DNA of 64,000 nucleotides from Octopus vulgaris (Eukaryota), in NCBI GenBank assembly GCA_951406725.2, contig OX597829.1, positions 24,552,001 to 24,616,000 of the forward strand. The letters run 5' to 3'. Of the stretch, positions 42,270 to 54,786 are shown in pieces (positions within the stretch are counted from its first letter, which is position 1; every line of letters starts with the position of its first letter). The position numbers were made by a program, and so were the translations under genes. The notes under the pieces are model-generated. The model made no database searches. It saw only the letters and a program-made list of their open reading frames with translations, and was not told the DNA's origin.

Positions 42270-42761
42270 CCAAATCAAAATAGATGAACATCAATGGAAT
42301 TTGTATCTTTGTGGTACCAGTGCCGGTGGCACATAAGAAAACCATCTGAACGTGGCCGTAGCCAGTACCACATCGACTGGCCTCCGTGCTGTGGGCACGT
42401 AACAAACACCATCCGATCGTGCCCGTTCGCCAGCCTCGTCTGGCACCTGTGTCGGTGGCACATAAAAAACACCATCCGAGCGTGGCCGTCTGCCAGCCTC
42501 GTCTGGCACCTGTGTCGGTGGCACATAAAAAACACCATCCGAGCATGGCCGTTCGCCAGCCTTGTCTGGCACCTGTGTCGGTGGCACATAAAATCACCCA
42601 CTACACTCTCGGAGTGGTTGGCGTTAGGAAGGGCATCCAGCTGTAGAAACAATGCCAGATCTGACTGGCCTGGTGCAGCCTTCGGGCTCCCCAGACCCCA
42701 GTTGAACCGTCCAACCCATGCTAGCATGGAAAGCGGACGTTAAACGATGATGATAATGATG

Positions 42762-42803
<42 letters not shown>

Positions 42804-44595
42804 GTGTATGTATGTGTTTGTCCCCCCAACATCGCTGGTGTGTTTACGTCCCTGTAAAATCAGCAAAAGAGACCGATAGAATAAGTACTAGGCTCACAAA
42901 GAATAAGTCCTGAGATCGATTTGCTTGACTAAAAGCGGTGCTCCAGTATGGTCACAGTCAAATGACTGAAACAAGTAAAAGAGTAATTCCTAATAATATA
43001 TCATCATCTTCATCGTCATTTAATGTCCACCCTCCATGCTTGCATAGGTTAGACAGTTTGACTGGAGCTGATGAACTGAAGAGCTATTGCAGTCTAATTT
43101 CAGCACAATTTCTATAGCTTGATGCCCTTCCTAATGCCAACCACTCCAGGAGTGTATTGGGTCCTTTTACATGCCACTGGCACAGGAGCCATTTACATGA
43201 CACCGGCAATGACCACAACTATGATTCGTGGGTGGGTGCCATGTAAATGACACCGGCAGGATGATTTAATTTTTGGCTGTGGAGGTCAAGTACATTAAAA
43301 TAGGAATCAGAGGGGTCTACAACAAAAAAATAGTTTGGAAACACTGTGTTAGAAAAAGTCAAAGGCTGCTTGTGCCCAATATTTACATGCCATTATTTGT
43401 AGCTTTATCAAGGTGGTGAGCTGGCAGAATTGTTAACACCTTGGATGAAATGCTTAGGGGTATTTCACTTGTCACGATGTTCTGAGTTCAAATTCTCCCG
43501 AGGTCGACTTTATGTTTCATCCTTCAGGCATTTATAAATTAAGTACCAGTCAAGTACTGGGGACGATGTAATTGATTTAACCTCTCCCCACAAATTTCAG
43601 ACCTTGTGCCTATAGTAGAAAGGGTTATTTGTAGCTTTATCTTCTTCAAGTTTAAAAGTTAAAAATGAATTACTTCATGTACGCTCAAGCTTTCTAGATT
43701 TTTATCTTGCAAACACTATCATCATCATTTAACATCTGTTTTCCATGCTGGCATGGGTTGGACAGTTTGACTGAGACTGGTAAGCCGGAGAGCTGCACCA
43801 GGCTTTAGTCATCTGTTTTGGCATGGTTTCTATGGCAGGATGCTCTTTGTAATGTCAACCACTTTACAGAGTGTACTGGGTGTTTTTAATATGCCACTGA
43901 CACAAAAATATTTCATCTGTAAAGATGTGGGTCATAGGTAACAAAATTATAATCTCACTTCAATTAGTTGCTCATAACATAAATATTCTAAATATAATCA
44001 AGATGGTAATTCTAAATGTTTTCCACAGTTACTCTTACTCTTTACTCTTTTAGTTGTTTCAGTCATTTGACTGCGGCCATGCTGGAGCACCGCCTTCAGT
44101 CGAGCAAATCGACCCCGGGACTTATTCTTTGTAAGCCCAGTACTTATTCTATCAGTCTCTTTTGCCGAACCGCTAAGTGACGGGGACGTAAACACACCAG
44201 CATCGGTTGTCAAGCAATGCTAGGGGGACAAACACAGACACACAAACACACACACATACATATATATATATACATATATACGACAGGCTTCTTTCAGTTT
44301 CCGTCTACCAAATCCACTCACAAGGCATTGGTCGGCCTGGGGCTATAGCAGAAGACACTTGCCCAAGATGCCACGCAGTGGGACTGAACCCGGAACCATG
44401 TGGTTGTTTAGCAAGCTGCTTACCACACAGTCACTCCTGCGTTTTAATTTCCTGGTTTTAATTTCCTTTCTGCAAATACAGAAATGAAACCAAAATAGAT
44501 ACCACTTGTAATCACTGACCCAATAATTGTAATTAATAGTCACATCAAGGAATAAACAGATTGGTAACGATCACCTCTATAATGGTAGGGCTTAA

Positions 44596-44826
44596 CCCTT
44601 TAGCGTTTAAACTGACTATATCTGGCCCAAATATTCTGTTTTATGTTCAAACTAGCCAGATCTGGCCTCTCACGCCTACCCTACAATGTCATTCTCAAAA
44701 TAAAAAAATCACATCATCGAAATCACATCATCGAAATCTCAAAGCTACAAGACGATATAGGATTAATTCAAAACAACGTGAATAAATAACCATTAAATTT
44801 GACAGCATAATCTAAATGCTAAAGGG
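44596..44826. mobile_element. piggyBac-like MITE family B (relatives near 7120-7345, 8668-8890, 20150-20360, 59070-59290)
   Basis: TTAA|CCCTTTAGCG ... ATGCTAAAGGG|TTAA. Confidence 0.75.
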
Positions 44827-45176
44827 TTAATTCAACTGGATGGTCACCACAACAAGAACAATAAGAAGAATGATTTAACCTTATTGCAATATCTTTTAGG
44901 TGCATTTGTTTAGTTCTTGGTTAAATATATCCAATGTTTTACTTTCATCCACAACTTCAGTTAAAATATAAAATGTCAGAACGTAGTAAATCTTCCCTTG
45001 ATCTGCTAAAGCCTAAATGATGTCACAGTGTGTGTAAATGAGTGGTGGTCAGAGGTAAACAGGGGTGAAAGTAGTAAGCAGCAAACAAAGGTAAGGAAGA
45101 AGTTGATGGAAGATATGAGACAGTGTTAGGAAGGAAGGAAAGGAAGACAGGTACATACATTCTCAAGATGATGCTC

Positions 45177-45239
<63 letters not shown>

Positions 45240-45707
45240 TACACACACTATAATAATACTCTTGTAATTTTCTGTCACAACATATGAATGAGAAAGGAAT
45301 GGGTAATGGTAAACTGGTAGTATAAGCATTTCAACTCTGTGTGAGTATGCATGTATGTAAAAAGGAGGTATGAGAATGTTTGTGAGTTTGCGTGTTTGCG
45401 CGTGTGTGTGTGTACGTGTGCAATGGAAGTGGGATGGTGAACATTCAACGCTGAAAAGGAAAATCAAACAGCGTTTCAACTCTGTGGGAGTATATGTGTG
45501 TATGTGTGTGCGTATACAAGGGAAGTATGTGAATGTTTGTATGTGTGAATCAGCATTCTTTCAGTAACAAATGATGATTGATGTCACATCTCAAAAGACA
45601 ACCCACTAGATAACATTGACAAGTGTATTAATTTACCATCTGTATTTATGTATAAAATACTACAATTAGCAATTAGTCATCAAAAATGACAGTATGGGGC
45701 CAACTAG

Positions 45708-45782
<75 letters not shown>

Positions 45783-45785
<3 letters not shown>

Positions 45786-45892
45786 CAATTAATTTTGTCT
45801 CTAAAGTAAAACTTTTATACATATATATACACATATATATGTGTATATATATATGTATAAAAGTTTTACTTTAGAGACAAAATTAATTGCAA
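45783..45892. repeat. 110-bp palindrome with AT-microsatellite centre
   Basis: ttgcaattaattttgtctctaaagtaaaacttttatac ... gtataaaagttttactttagagacaaaattaattgcaa. Both strands give the same peptide in the ORF track. Confidence 0.95.
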
Positions 45893-46151
45893 CTAAATTG
45901 CTTGTAGCTGATGGAACAATATTGATGTTTTTCATCATTTGACTACATAGAAGTTTTTTTCTCTCACACTCAAACACACATAAGTGACAGATGAATAAGC
46001 TCAATCTCTTTCCAAAGTACAGAGGAGATAGTACATAAAGTAAGAAAAAGAAATCCTGATTTAGAAATTTCATCACAGCCACAGTAGCACTAGATCCAAT
46101 AGTTTAATGTCGCAACTGGAGCAGAGAGAAAACTGTTATTTTAAAATGAAA

Positions 46152-46417
46152 AGAAAAATTAGTTGATCAACCTTGAGTGAAGAAGATAGAGACTACACAT
46201 TTGATTTTTATGTGTGTATGTGTCAAGCAAAGCTACACACAACGACACTAGATATATCACATCACCTGCTTATTTCAACACCAACAACATAGAAATATGC
46301 AGGGTGGTGTGATATATCTAGTGTCGTTGTGTGTAGCTTTGCTTGACACATACACACATAAAAATCAAATGTGTAGTCCCTATCTTCTTCACTCAAGGTT
46401 GATCAGCTAATTTTTCT
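46152..46417. repeat. Long near-perfect inverted repeat (about 125-bp arms, 15-nt loop)
   Basis: Left arm 46152-46276 is the reverse complement of 46292-46417 with about 5 differences. Confidence 0.95.
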
Positions 46418-46529
46418 AAGAAGTGCAGTGGAATCACTGGAAATATTAACAGAAAAAGTAAAATCTGTCGTAGACACACAAATGCAATAAGCACTAAAAA
46501 TATAAAAGGAATAGATTTTGTCAAATATC

Positions 46530-47110
46530 CAAGAGGACCCTTAGCTGTAGTAGATACTTTGTTATCTAGGTGACCTAATTTGCAGTGAAAGAGGGTGTTC
46601 TGGAAGTATAGCTGCTAAAATAAGAATAGGATGGAGAAAGTTCCAAGAGCTTTTAGCTCTGTTGCCAATAAAAAGTCCACTTTCCCAGAGTGAAAGGCAG
46701 ACTGCCTAATGCGTGTGTACAAACAGCAGTACTACGTGGTAGTGAGATGTGAGCCCTAAATGCAAAGGACATGTGAAAACTAGAAAAGAATGAAACTAGA
46801 ATGTTCCCATGGACATGCAATGTCATTATGTGTACATGACAAAGTACAAATATGTTAGGAGAAAAACTGGACATAAGAGGAATCAGAAGTAGTGTAAAAG
46901 AGAGAAAACCACAATGGTTTGATCATGTGATGCAGACTGATGAGAATAGTTGTATAAAGAAGAGCCAATTATCAAATGTAGATAAAACTATGGGAGAGGG
47001 AAACCCAGGAAAAATGTGATGAAGTAGTGAAGACTGATCTTAAGATGTTGTACTTCACAGAAATGATAAAGGACTGAGATGGTTGGCAACTTGCAGGTCT
47101 TAAGACCAGT
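46530..47110 (+). mobile_element. RTE-clade LINE fragment (RT C-terminus)
   Basis: VDTLCYLGDLI..KIRIGWRKFQELL..VLRGSEM*AL..QWFDHVM; multiple stops and frameshifts. Confidence 0.8.
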
Positions 47111-48413
47111 CTTCTGGTCCCAAAAGCATTATGTTTATATTTATAAGCCACAATGCACTATCCCTGCACCCAATCTGTCCCTGTCAAGCCTTTCTTGTTT
47201 CTCATCTCCCTAATGTCCATTCGTCCACCACTCCTCTAACAATAGCATGATTCAGCTCTTGTAAGCATGACTGCAGAAGTGCATGAATTTTACTCATTTT
47301 CGAGCTACAACTTACCCCCCCCTGCTCCCTGAAAACATTTCCTTTAACTTCCATCCATAATCTCAAAATTATCCTTTCCACCAATCGACCTTTTCTATGC
47401 CTCAAGTTATCCCTGCCTCCTACATTGAGCAATATTTTATGACAGTCCTATTTCATCTTCAGCACCCTTTCATATCAGATATCATTCTCAACAACCCCTC
47501 ATATCTGCCATCAACAACTTACCCCACATCTTAACCCCTCCACTCACTACACCTAACCCTACATACCTCTAACATCCATCTTTGTAGATGTACATTTCTC
47601 CCCCTCCCACCATTCTCCCACCTCATGCATAATCTCTTTATCTACAAATTTATTATACTGCTGCTCTCCATCCTTCCTCTATTGCCACTTATAACCTCTT
47701 CCTCCTCTTCCTTCCTGAGCTACTTCTTTTACCTTCCCCCTTCCCAAACTGATATTTACCATCGATCACACCTCTAACCTAGTTTCATTCATTACATTCA
47801 CTTCTCCTCCCATCTCTAACCATTTGTCACTCTTCACTCACACTCAATGAACTTATCCACACCACTCTCCAATTTTTTTTTTTATTATTATCTGTATGCT
47901 CTCTTCTACTTAACTTTTTGTATCTTAAAGTACATTCTGACACCTTACCACCATCATCACTGTCTTCTTTCCAGCTACTCCTCACCCACTCTTATAAATT
48001 GTGGGACAGCCATCCTCTATCTCCTCTATGACAACACATCTCTACATGTTTCTCTATAGTAATTTATTCTCTCAACACCTGACACAAAGCCATCTCCTCC
48101 TATACTACAGATCTACTCACTTAAGGGAGCTTCTCCTTTGTCTTGTGACTTAAGTGATGATCTCAGTAGTGCCTGTGTTGTGAAAAAAAAACAAGCAACC
48201 AGTACACTGTATAAAATGGTTGGCATTAGGAAGGACATCAAGTCATAGAAACCAGATGTTAAAGCTTGATGTAGTCCTGTTTGTTGGATCCTGTCAAATC
48301 TTCCAACCCAAGCCAGTATGGAAGCCAGACATTAAAAGATAATGAAGTTAAATATCCATACATATATGCATGCATACATATAGAGATACAAACATGCATA
48401 CATATACATATAA

Positions 48414-48458
<45 letters not shown>

Positions 48459-50986
48459 AGGCAAACACATGTAGACATACATACGCATACTCTCTTTACT
48501 CTCTTTTACTCTCTTACTTGTTTCAGTCATTTGACTGCGGCCATGCTGGAGCACCGCCTTTAATCGAGCAACTCGACCCCGGGACTTATTCTTTTTGTAA
48601 GCCCAGTACTTATTCTATCGGTCTCTTTTGCCGAACCGCTAAGTAACGGGGACATAAACACACCAGCATCGGTTGTCAAGCAATGCTAGGGGGACAAACA
48701 CACACACGCATATATATATATATACATATATACGACGGGCTTCTTTCAGTTTCCGTCTACCAAATCCACTCACAAGGCTTTGGTTGGCCCGAGGCTATAG
48801 TAGAAGACACTTGCCCAAGGTGCCACGCAGTGGGACTGAACCCGGAACCATGTGGTTGGTAAACAAGCTACTTACCACACAGCCACTCCTGTGCCATACA
48901 GATATATACATATATTTTCAAAAGTCAAATACATACAGTAGTAAACAAATGCACAGAAAGATATACTGAATGCACAGATGAACAGAGAACAAACACAGAA
49001 GTTACTGGCCAAGGTGTCGAGCACAGACCCAGCATGGTGACGGTCTAATGCACGTTGTACACTGGACTAAATGGTTGGTGTCAGGGCATCCAGCCATGAG
49101 GAAACCAAAGTAAAAATGAAAGTTCAAAGTGAAAGGTTGTCCTCTAGTCTACACAGAAGTATGTTAACAACCATTCCAAACTATGCCTGAATGGAAAACA
49201 GACTAAAACAATAATAATGATGATGGTGGTGGTGGTGGTAATAGTGGTGATGATAATGGTGGTCGTGGTAATGATGGTGGTGGTGATGATGAGGATATGT
49301 GATTATTTAATATGGAGATAACAAAGGGGGGGGGTCTTTTGTTGCATCAGGTGCATGACAATGTCTCTAATACTGGCACCTTGACAAAATGCACCCAGCA
49401 CAGTCTAAGATAAGGGCATCCAGCCATAGCAACCAAGCTAAAAATGGAATATATGAATGAGGTATGATCCTCCTCCCTATTTAGTGACTATGATAATCCA
49501 TTCAACACATACTTTCAGAGAAAGCAGTGAATAAATGGTGAGGGTGAATGAAGGATGACAATACCAAATACGATTTTACTGATGGGCAAACTAGGAGTGA
49601 ACAGTAAAATATGTCCCTGTTTTTAAACAGTTTTGGAAAGATATATTAAGCCCATATGAAAGATAATGCCCTCCTTTACTATTTTCTCTCTTTTATTTGT
49701 TTCAGTCATTTGACTGCAGCCATGCTGGAGCACCGCCTTTAGTCGAGCAAATCGACCCTGGGACTTATTCTTTGTAAGCCCAGTACTTATTCTATCGGTC
49801 TCTTTTGCCGAACTGCTAAGTGACGGGGACGTAAACACACCAGCATCGGTTGTCAAGCAATGCTAGGGGGACAAACACAGACACACAAACATACACGCAC
49901 ACACACATATATATATACATATATACAACGGGCTTCTTTCAGTTTCCGTCTAACAAATCCACTCACAAGGCATTGGTCGGCCCGAGGCTATAGCAGAAGA
50001 CACTTGCCCAAGGTGCCACGCAGTGGGACTGAACCCGGAACCATGCGGTTGGTTAGCAAGCTACTTACCACACAGCCACTCCTGTGCCTATTATATATAT
50101 ATATATACAAATCATCATTGTTATCAGTTAGCATCCATTTTCCATGTTGGCATGAGTTGTATGGATTGACAGGATCCAGTGAGCCGTAAAGCTGTGTCTT
50201 GCTCCAGTGTCAGCTTCAACATGATTTCTGCAGCTGGATGCTCTTCTCTGATGCTTTATAGAGTGTACTGAATATATTTTCATGCCAGTAACACAAGTGA
50301 AATTGCCAAGTAACTTACAAGACAAGAAAATAACAAGAAAGATTTTTTAAAAAAATGAAAATAACTATCCCACCAGCTAAGTGAGGGGAATATATGAGAG
50401 TGGGGAGAAGTGGCCTTATGCCAGGTGATGGGGAATTAAATTATGATTGAGGAACAAGTACATGTGTCTTTATATAGTGAACATACATACATGGCAACCT
50501 ATGAGATATATATATTATATAGTTAATCAAATATATCCTTTAAGAATAATGTGTACTAGATTTCAGATAAGGGCTCGTAACCCTTTTGTTACCTATTTCT
50601 GTTGAGATGTTCTGTGTTTCTTTCAATTAATTTCAAATATAACAAAGAATTTAGTAAAATAACTTCATTATCATTAAGTTAGTGTTAGGAACATAAACTC
50701 TGACTAAGGTTTGATGGAAAATTTTAATTCAGAACTTTTGAAAACAAGACATTTGTACTACAGAGCCAGAGGCGGTTTCAGGCAGGTTGGTATCAAAAGG
50801 GTTATGAGAAATGTCTAAAAACTTTAAAGGTATTTAGAGATTCAATTAGAGCGATTATATATAAGAAAGTAAAAGTAGGAAAAATTACATCATAAAAATA
50901 ACAGTAGAAATATGTCCATAATATAAATAATATTGTATTAATAAATAAATATATAAAGTATAACTGATTGTTTAAAATGGTTTGAG

Positions 50987-51081
50987 ATATCTTACGATTG
51001 TTTCATGAATGCATTGCCTTTTGAAAGGAAATCCAAAATTGATAATTATTATTAGGTAGTATAACCACTCATCAGAGAAAT
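50987..51081 (-). ncRNA. Hammerhead-like motif in the left (inverted) Penelope pLTR, same sense as HERC2 pre-mRNA
   Basis: Minus strand reads tct-CTGATGA-gtggtt..attcat-GAAA-caatcg-TA-aga. Core intact; stem II weaker than in the right copy. Confidence 0.55.
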
Positions 51082-51305
51082 GGATGGATTTCTATGCAGT
51101 CAATTGACTGATAGAGATGCAATTTAAAATCGTATGATAAAGGTATTGTTTAAAAAGCTATTGGTATAGGTGTGCATTGGTATAAACTTGAATTTAAAAT
51201 TTTGAAAAAAATAATATAAATCCATGGTAAAATCCTTAATAGCTGTGTGTAGATAGAAGTCCCATAATTCCTTTTCTCTTCAGTATGTAATTCATAAGAA
51301 TAAAG

Positions 51306-52190
51306 TTTTCTTTATTACCCACAAAGGATCAACATAGAGGGGACAATACAAGGTGGGAACAAAAAACAAATGTAAGAGATGAATAAAATAATGGATAAAA
51401 ATGAAATGAAGCTGTTAGGCCACATCTTGCAGGTTTTCCTTTGATCATTAAGAGCAGTGGAGGACAGTCCGTAGCATCACGGTGTCCTGCCATCCATTCT
51501 GACCCTGAGTGTCACATCTTCTATGGTGATGGTCTCTTTTATGCTTTCGAGGTCTTTCGGGACCACCTGGATTATCATGACCAAGCTCTGCCCTTGCCAG
51601 TTCTTGTGTGCTGTTCTTATGGCTTGGAGGACCACTATCTTTTCTTCGTTACCCAGCAGTACGGCAGCTACTAGCCAGGCTACATCGATCTCAGTGGGTA
51701 TATCTTCTACCCTAACCCTGGATGCATGCCTCCCAAGGTATATGGGCAGAAGTACCGCTTTTTCCATCTTTAAGGGTGTTGCTAAGCGTAGCCAGGCAGC
51801 TATCTCACGGAACCACACCTTCACCATTCCAAACTTCCTTTCTCTGGCAAAGTAAGAAATTCCTTGTCAGATTGGTTTTAAAGCTTTTGTGACTTGCACA
51901 GTCAACATAATTGCTATTTTCTTTGTTTTTACAGAGTATGTCCTGTTTATGATAGTTCTCTCCTTGGTTGCTTTTAAAACTTCTTGGGGAGGAGACACCT
52001 TTACACTGCACCCCTCCCTGCAACGCATGTTCTTATATTTGTTTAGTTCCAATAATTCAATTTCGTTGCTGTGGCTCTTGGCCACTGCCGCAAAATTTCT
52101 TTTCTTCTCCTCCATTACATTCACAAACTCCAGTAGTTCCTCCTTGGAAGATGCAAGCTCTGGGGTGTCTGATATTTTCATATGCCATCC
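51306..52190 (-). mobile_element. LINE-derived insert: ORF1 (gag-like) remnant joined directly to a LINE/SINE-type 3' tail
   Basis: ORFs 51867-52181 and 51477-51827 are in the same frame, separated by one stop. They end LRVRMDGRTP*CYG, like the start of an ORF1 zinc knuckle. The 3' end reads gtcccctctatgttgatcctttgtgggtaataaagaaa. Confidence 0.6.
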
Positions 52191-54371
52191 TTAACATTAT
52201 ATTTTATGCAAATGTAAAAATAGCCATGTACTGATTTCTTTATTATCCACAAGGGGCAGACATAGAGGGGACAACTCAAAACATGGGGGACAAAAAAAAA
52301 AAAAAACGAATGAAAGTGGAAAGATGAATGAAGTCTTTCGGCCCCCACCTCCGAGCGACTTCATTTATCCTGTTAATACAACTTTAAATGCAATCAAATT
52401 ACATCTTTCTGTAGAATGTCAATATTGAAAACATCTTGGAGATCACAATAGTTTATATACTTTGGTACCTGACTGGTGTCCATTGTCATCTCTCAGCTTT
52501 CAAAATCTTTATTGTAGTTAACTATTTTTGATGTTTGATCCCAGTTTGCCAGCACAGGGTTATAACGCCATGGTATCCCAGTATAATCTGCCATATTAAC
52601 TATTATTGCATTTTCCCAAGTGTTTATCTCATTGCAGAGTCCTTTATTTAAACTGTCATATATCACTACATACAACTAACCTTATCTCTAACAATAATAT
52701 TCAATCAATACAAAAAGATCAAACCTCTGTAAGACATGACAAAAAAAAACTAGAAAATGCTATAGTACACATAGAACCAAATATAAAAATAACAAAAAAC
52801 ACTCGGGAAATACCATACAAATTCCAAAAATAGTCTATAACTATAATAAATTACCTAGTAGGAGTGGAAATAGGGAAATTATTTGGCACACACACCCATT
52901 TTCAATAAATGTTAATGGATTAGCAAATGTTTTCTAAACGTAGTCAAAAATTGTTTTCCTAATAATCATAAGTATCACCATATGTTTAATAGATCAACAA
53001 TTAAAATATCTTTTTCTACATTGCCGAACATAGGTTCAATTATCGCCAGCTCTAATAGACAAAAACTTAATGTAAATATAGTTTATGAAATAATACTAAC
53101 AACTATAATACTAGTAATGAAATACACAATAGTCCCAGAACACCAAATGATACTCAATATAATACCAGTTCAATAGATAACATTACGAGAATACATAGCA
53201 ATACAATTAACTAAATCTCAACAAAATTCCAATAATTATATATCTCAAAATATACAAACCATTGGATATGACAGGACTTTAGATAATCCAATACGACAAT
53301 CTAATAACAATAGTAATATGCAAACAGTAAATTTACCTAATTCTATTATAAATTATTCCACAACAAATTCAAATCTAACACCACACAACATAACAAATAA
53401 TCATAATACCATGGAACAGAAACATACAACCAAATATTGCATATGTAAATTTTTTCTAAATCATGTCCTTCAGAAGGCAATGTAGAAGGTTCAACATTAT
53501 ATATAAGTGTACTGTTACTAAATCTGCTAACTCACACAGTAAGGTATATATCAGGAGCTCTATTAATTTTAAACAAAGATTTTTAGCACATATACATTCA
53601 TTTGAACCTACTTCATTGGCTACATCTGTACATAAACACAAACAAAAAAACCTCAACTATAAATTATTCTGGTCAATTATTGACTCAGCTACACCATATA
53701 CCCATAAATCTTCTATTTGTCATCTATGTACAAAAGAATCACTATACATATTATATAAACAAAATAATTTAATTAATTGCCAATTGGAAGCATTATCTAC
53801 ATGTAGACATAGGTTTTATAAAACTTTTAAACACTAGGATTGTTATAAGTAAGGAATAGAAACTTAAAATTGAACTATGTTTAGATTATACACATGTTCA
53901 CATAATACAGATTATCCATTAGATGAGTGCCTGAAATTTGTCTTCTTGAAAATTGAACCTATACACCTCTAATACATAACATACTGATTTTAAATATGAT
54001 ATTTTAAATATAACACATTGATTTACTCTATATTGGGTCAGTACACGGCTATTTTTACATTTGCATAAAATATAATAATGGTATCTTCCCGTTTTGTATA
54101 CATAACTATAAAAGCAACAATTCACCATTTTTATTCTTTACACTTACGGATTACAAACTGAAGAGAAAAGGAATTATGGGACTTCAATCTACACACAACT
54201 ATTAAGGATCATTACAAAGGATTTTACCATGGATTTATATTATTTTTACAAAATTTCTAGCCCAAGTTTATACCAATGCACATCTATACCAATAACTTTT
54301 TAAACAACACCTTTATCATACGATTTTAAATAGCATCTCTATCAGTCAATTAACTACATAGAAATTCATCC

Positions 54372-54466
54372 ATTTCTCTGATGAGTGGATATACTACCTA
54401 ATAATAATTATCAATTTTGGATTTGATTTCAAAAGGTTATACATTCATGAAATGATCATAAGATAT
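54372..54466 (+). ncRNA. Hammerhead-like motif in the right Penelope pLTR (long stem II insertion)
   Basis: tct-CTGATGA-gtggat..attcat-GAAA-tgatca-TA-aga. Palindromic stem III (ATGATCAT). Confidence 0.6.
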
Positions 54467-54723
54467 CTCAAAACATTTAAAATAACCATAGTTATACTTT
54501 ATATATTTATTTATTAATACAATATTATTTATATTATGGAAGTATTTCTACTGTTATTTTTATGATGTAATTTTTCCTACTTTTACTTTCTAATATATAT
54601 ATATACACACACACACACAAAATGACCTGCATATTTATTGAAATTAAAACCTGGCAGATCTATAATTCCGTGAACAAACTGTAAGTGCCAATGTACGAAA
54701 CTCTCAGACTCTGTTGCTTCTGC

Positions 54724-54786
<63 letters not shown>

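Larger units (their letters stand above)
50857..54598 (+). mobile_element. Penelope-like retroelement, 5'-truncated and decayed, with inverted pLTRs and nested insertions
   Basis: 52860-53060 encodes the PLE RT-thumb/linker (IIWHTHPFS..FPNNHKYHHMFNRSTIKISFSTLPNI). 53463-53837 encodes a GIY-YIG endonuclease (NIIYKCTV..VYI..FKQRFLAH..WSIIDSATPY..CHLC.KE). About 440-bp inverted repeats at 50857-51300 and 54143-54598. Confidence 0.85.

Noticed and set aside
42034-42743. Repetitive Cys/His-rich ORFs (CHRHRCQTRL, CATDTGARRG), also at 16922-17330
   Set aside because: They derive from the 60-bp tandem units of a dispersed repeat and are open in several frames on both strands.
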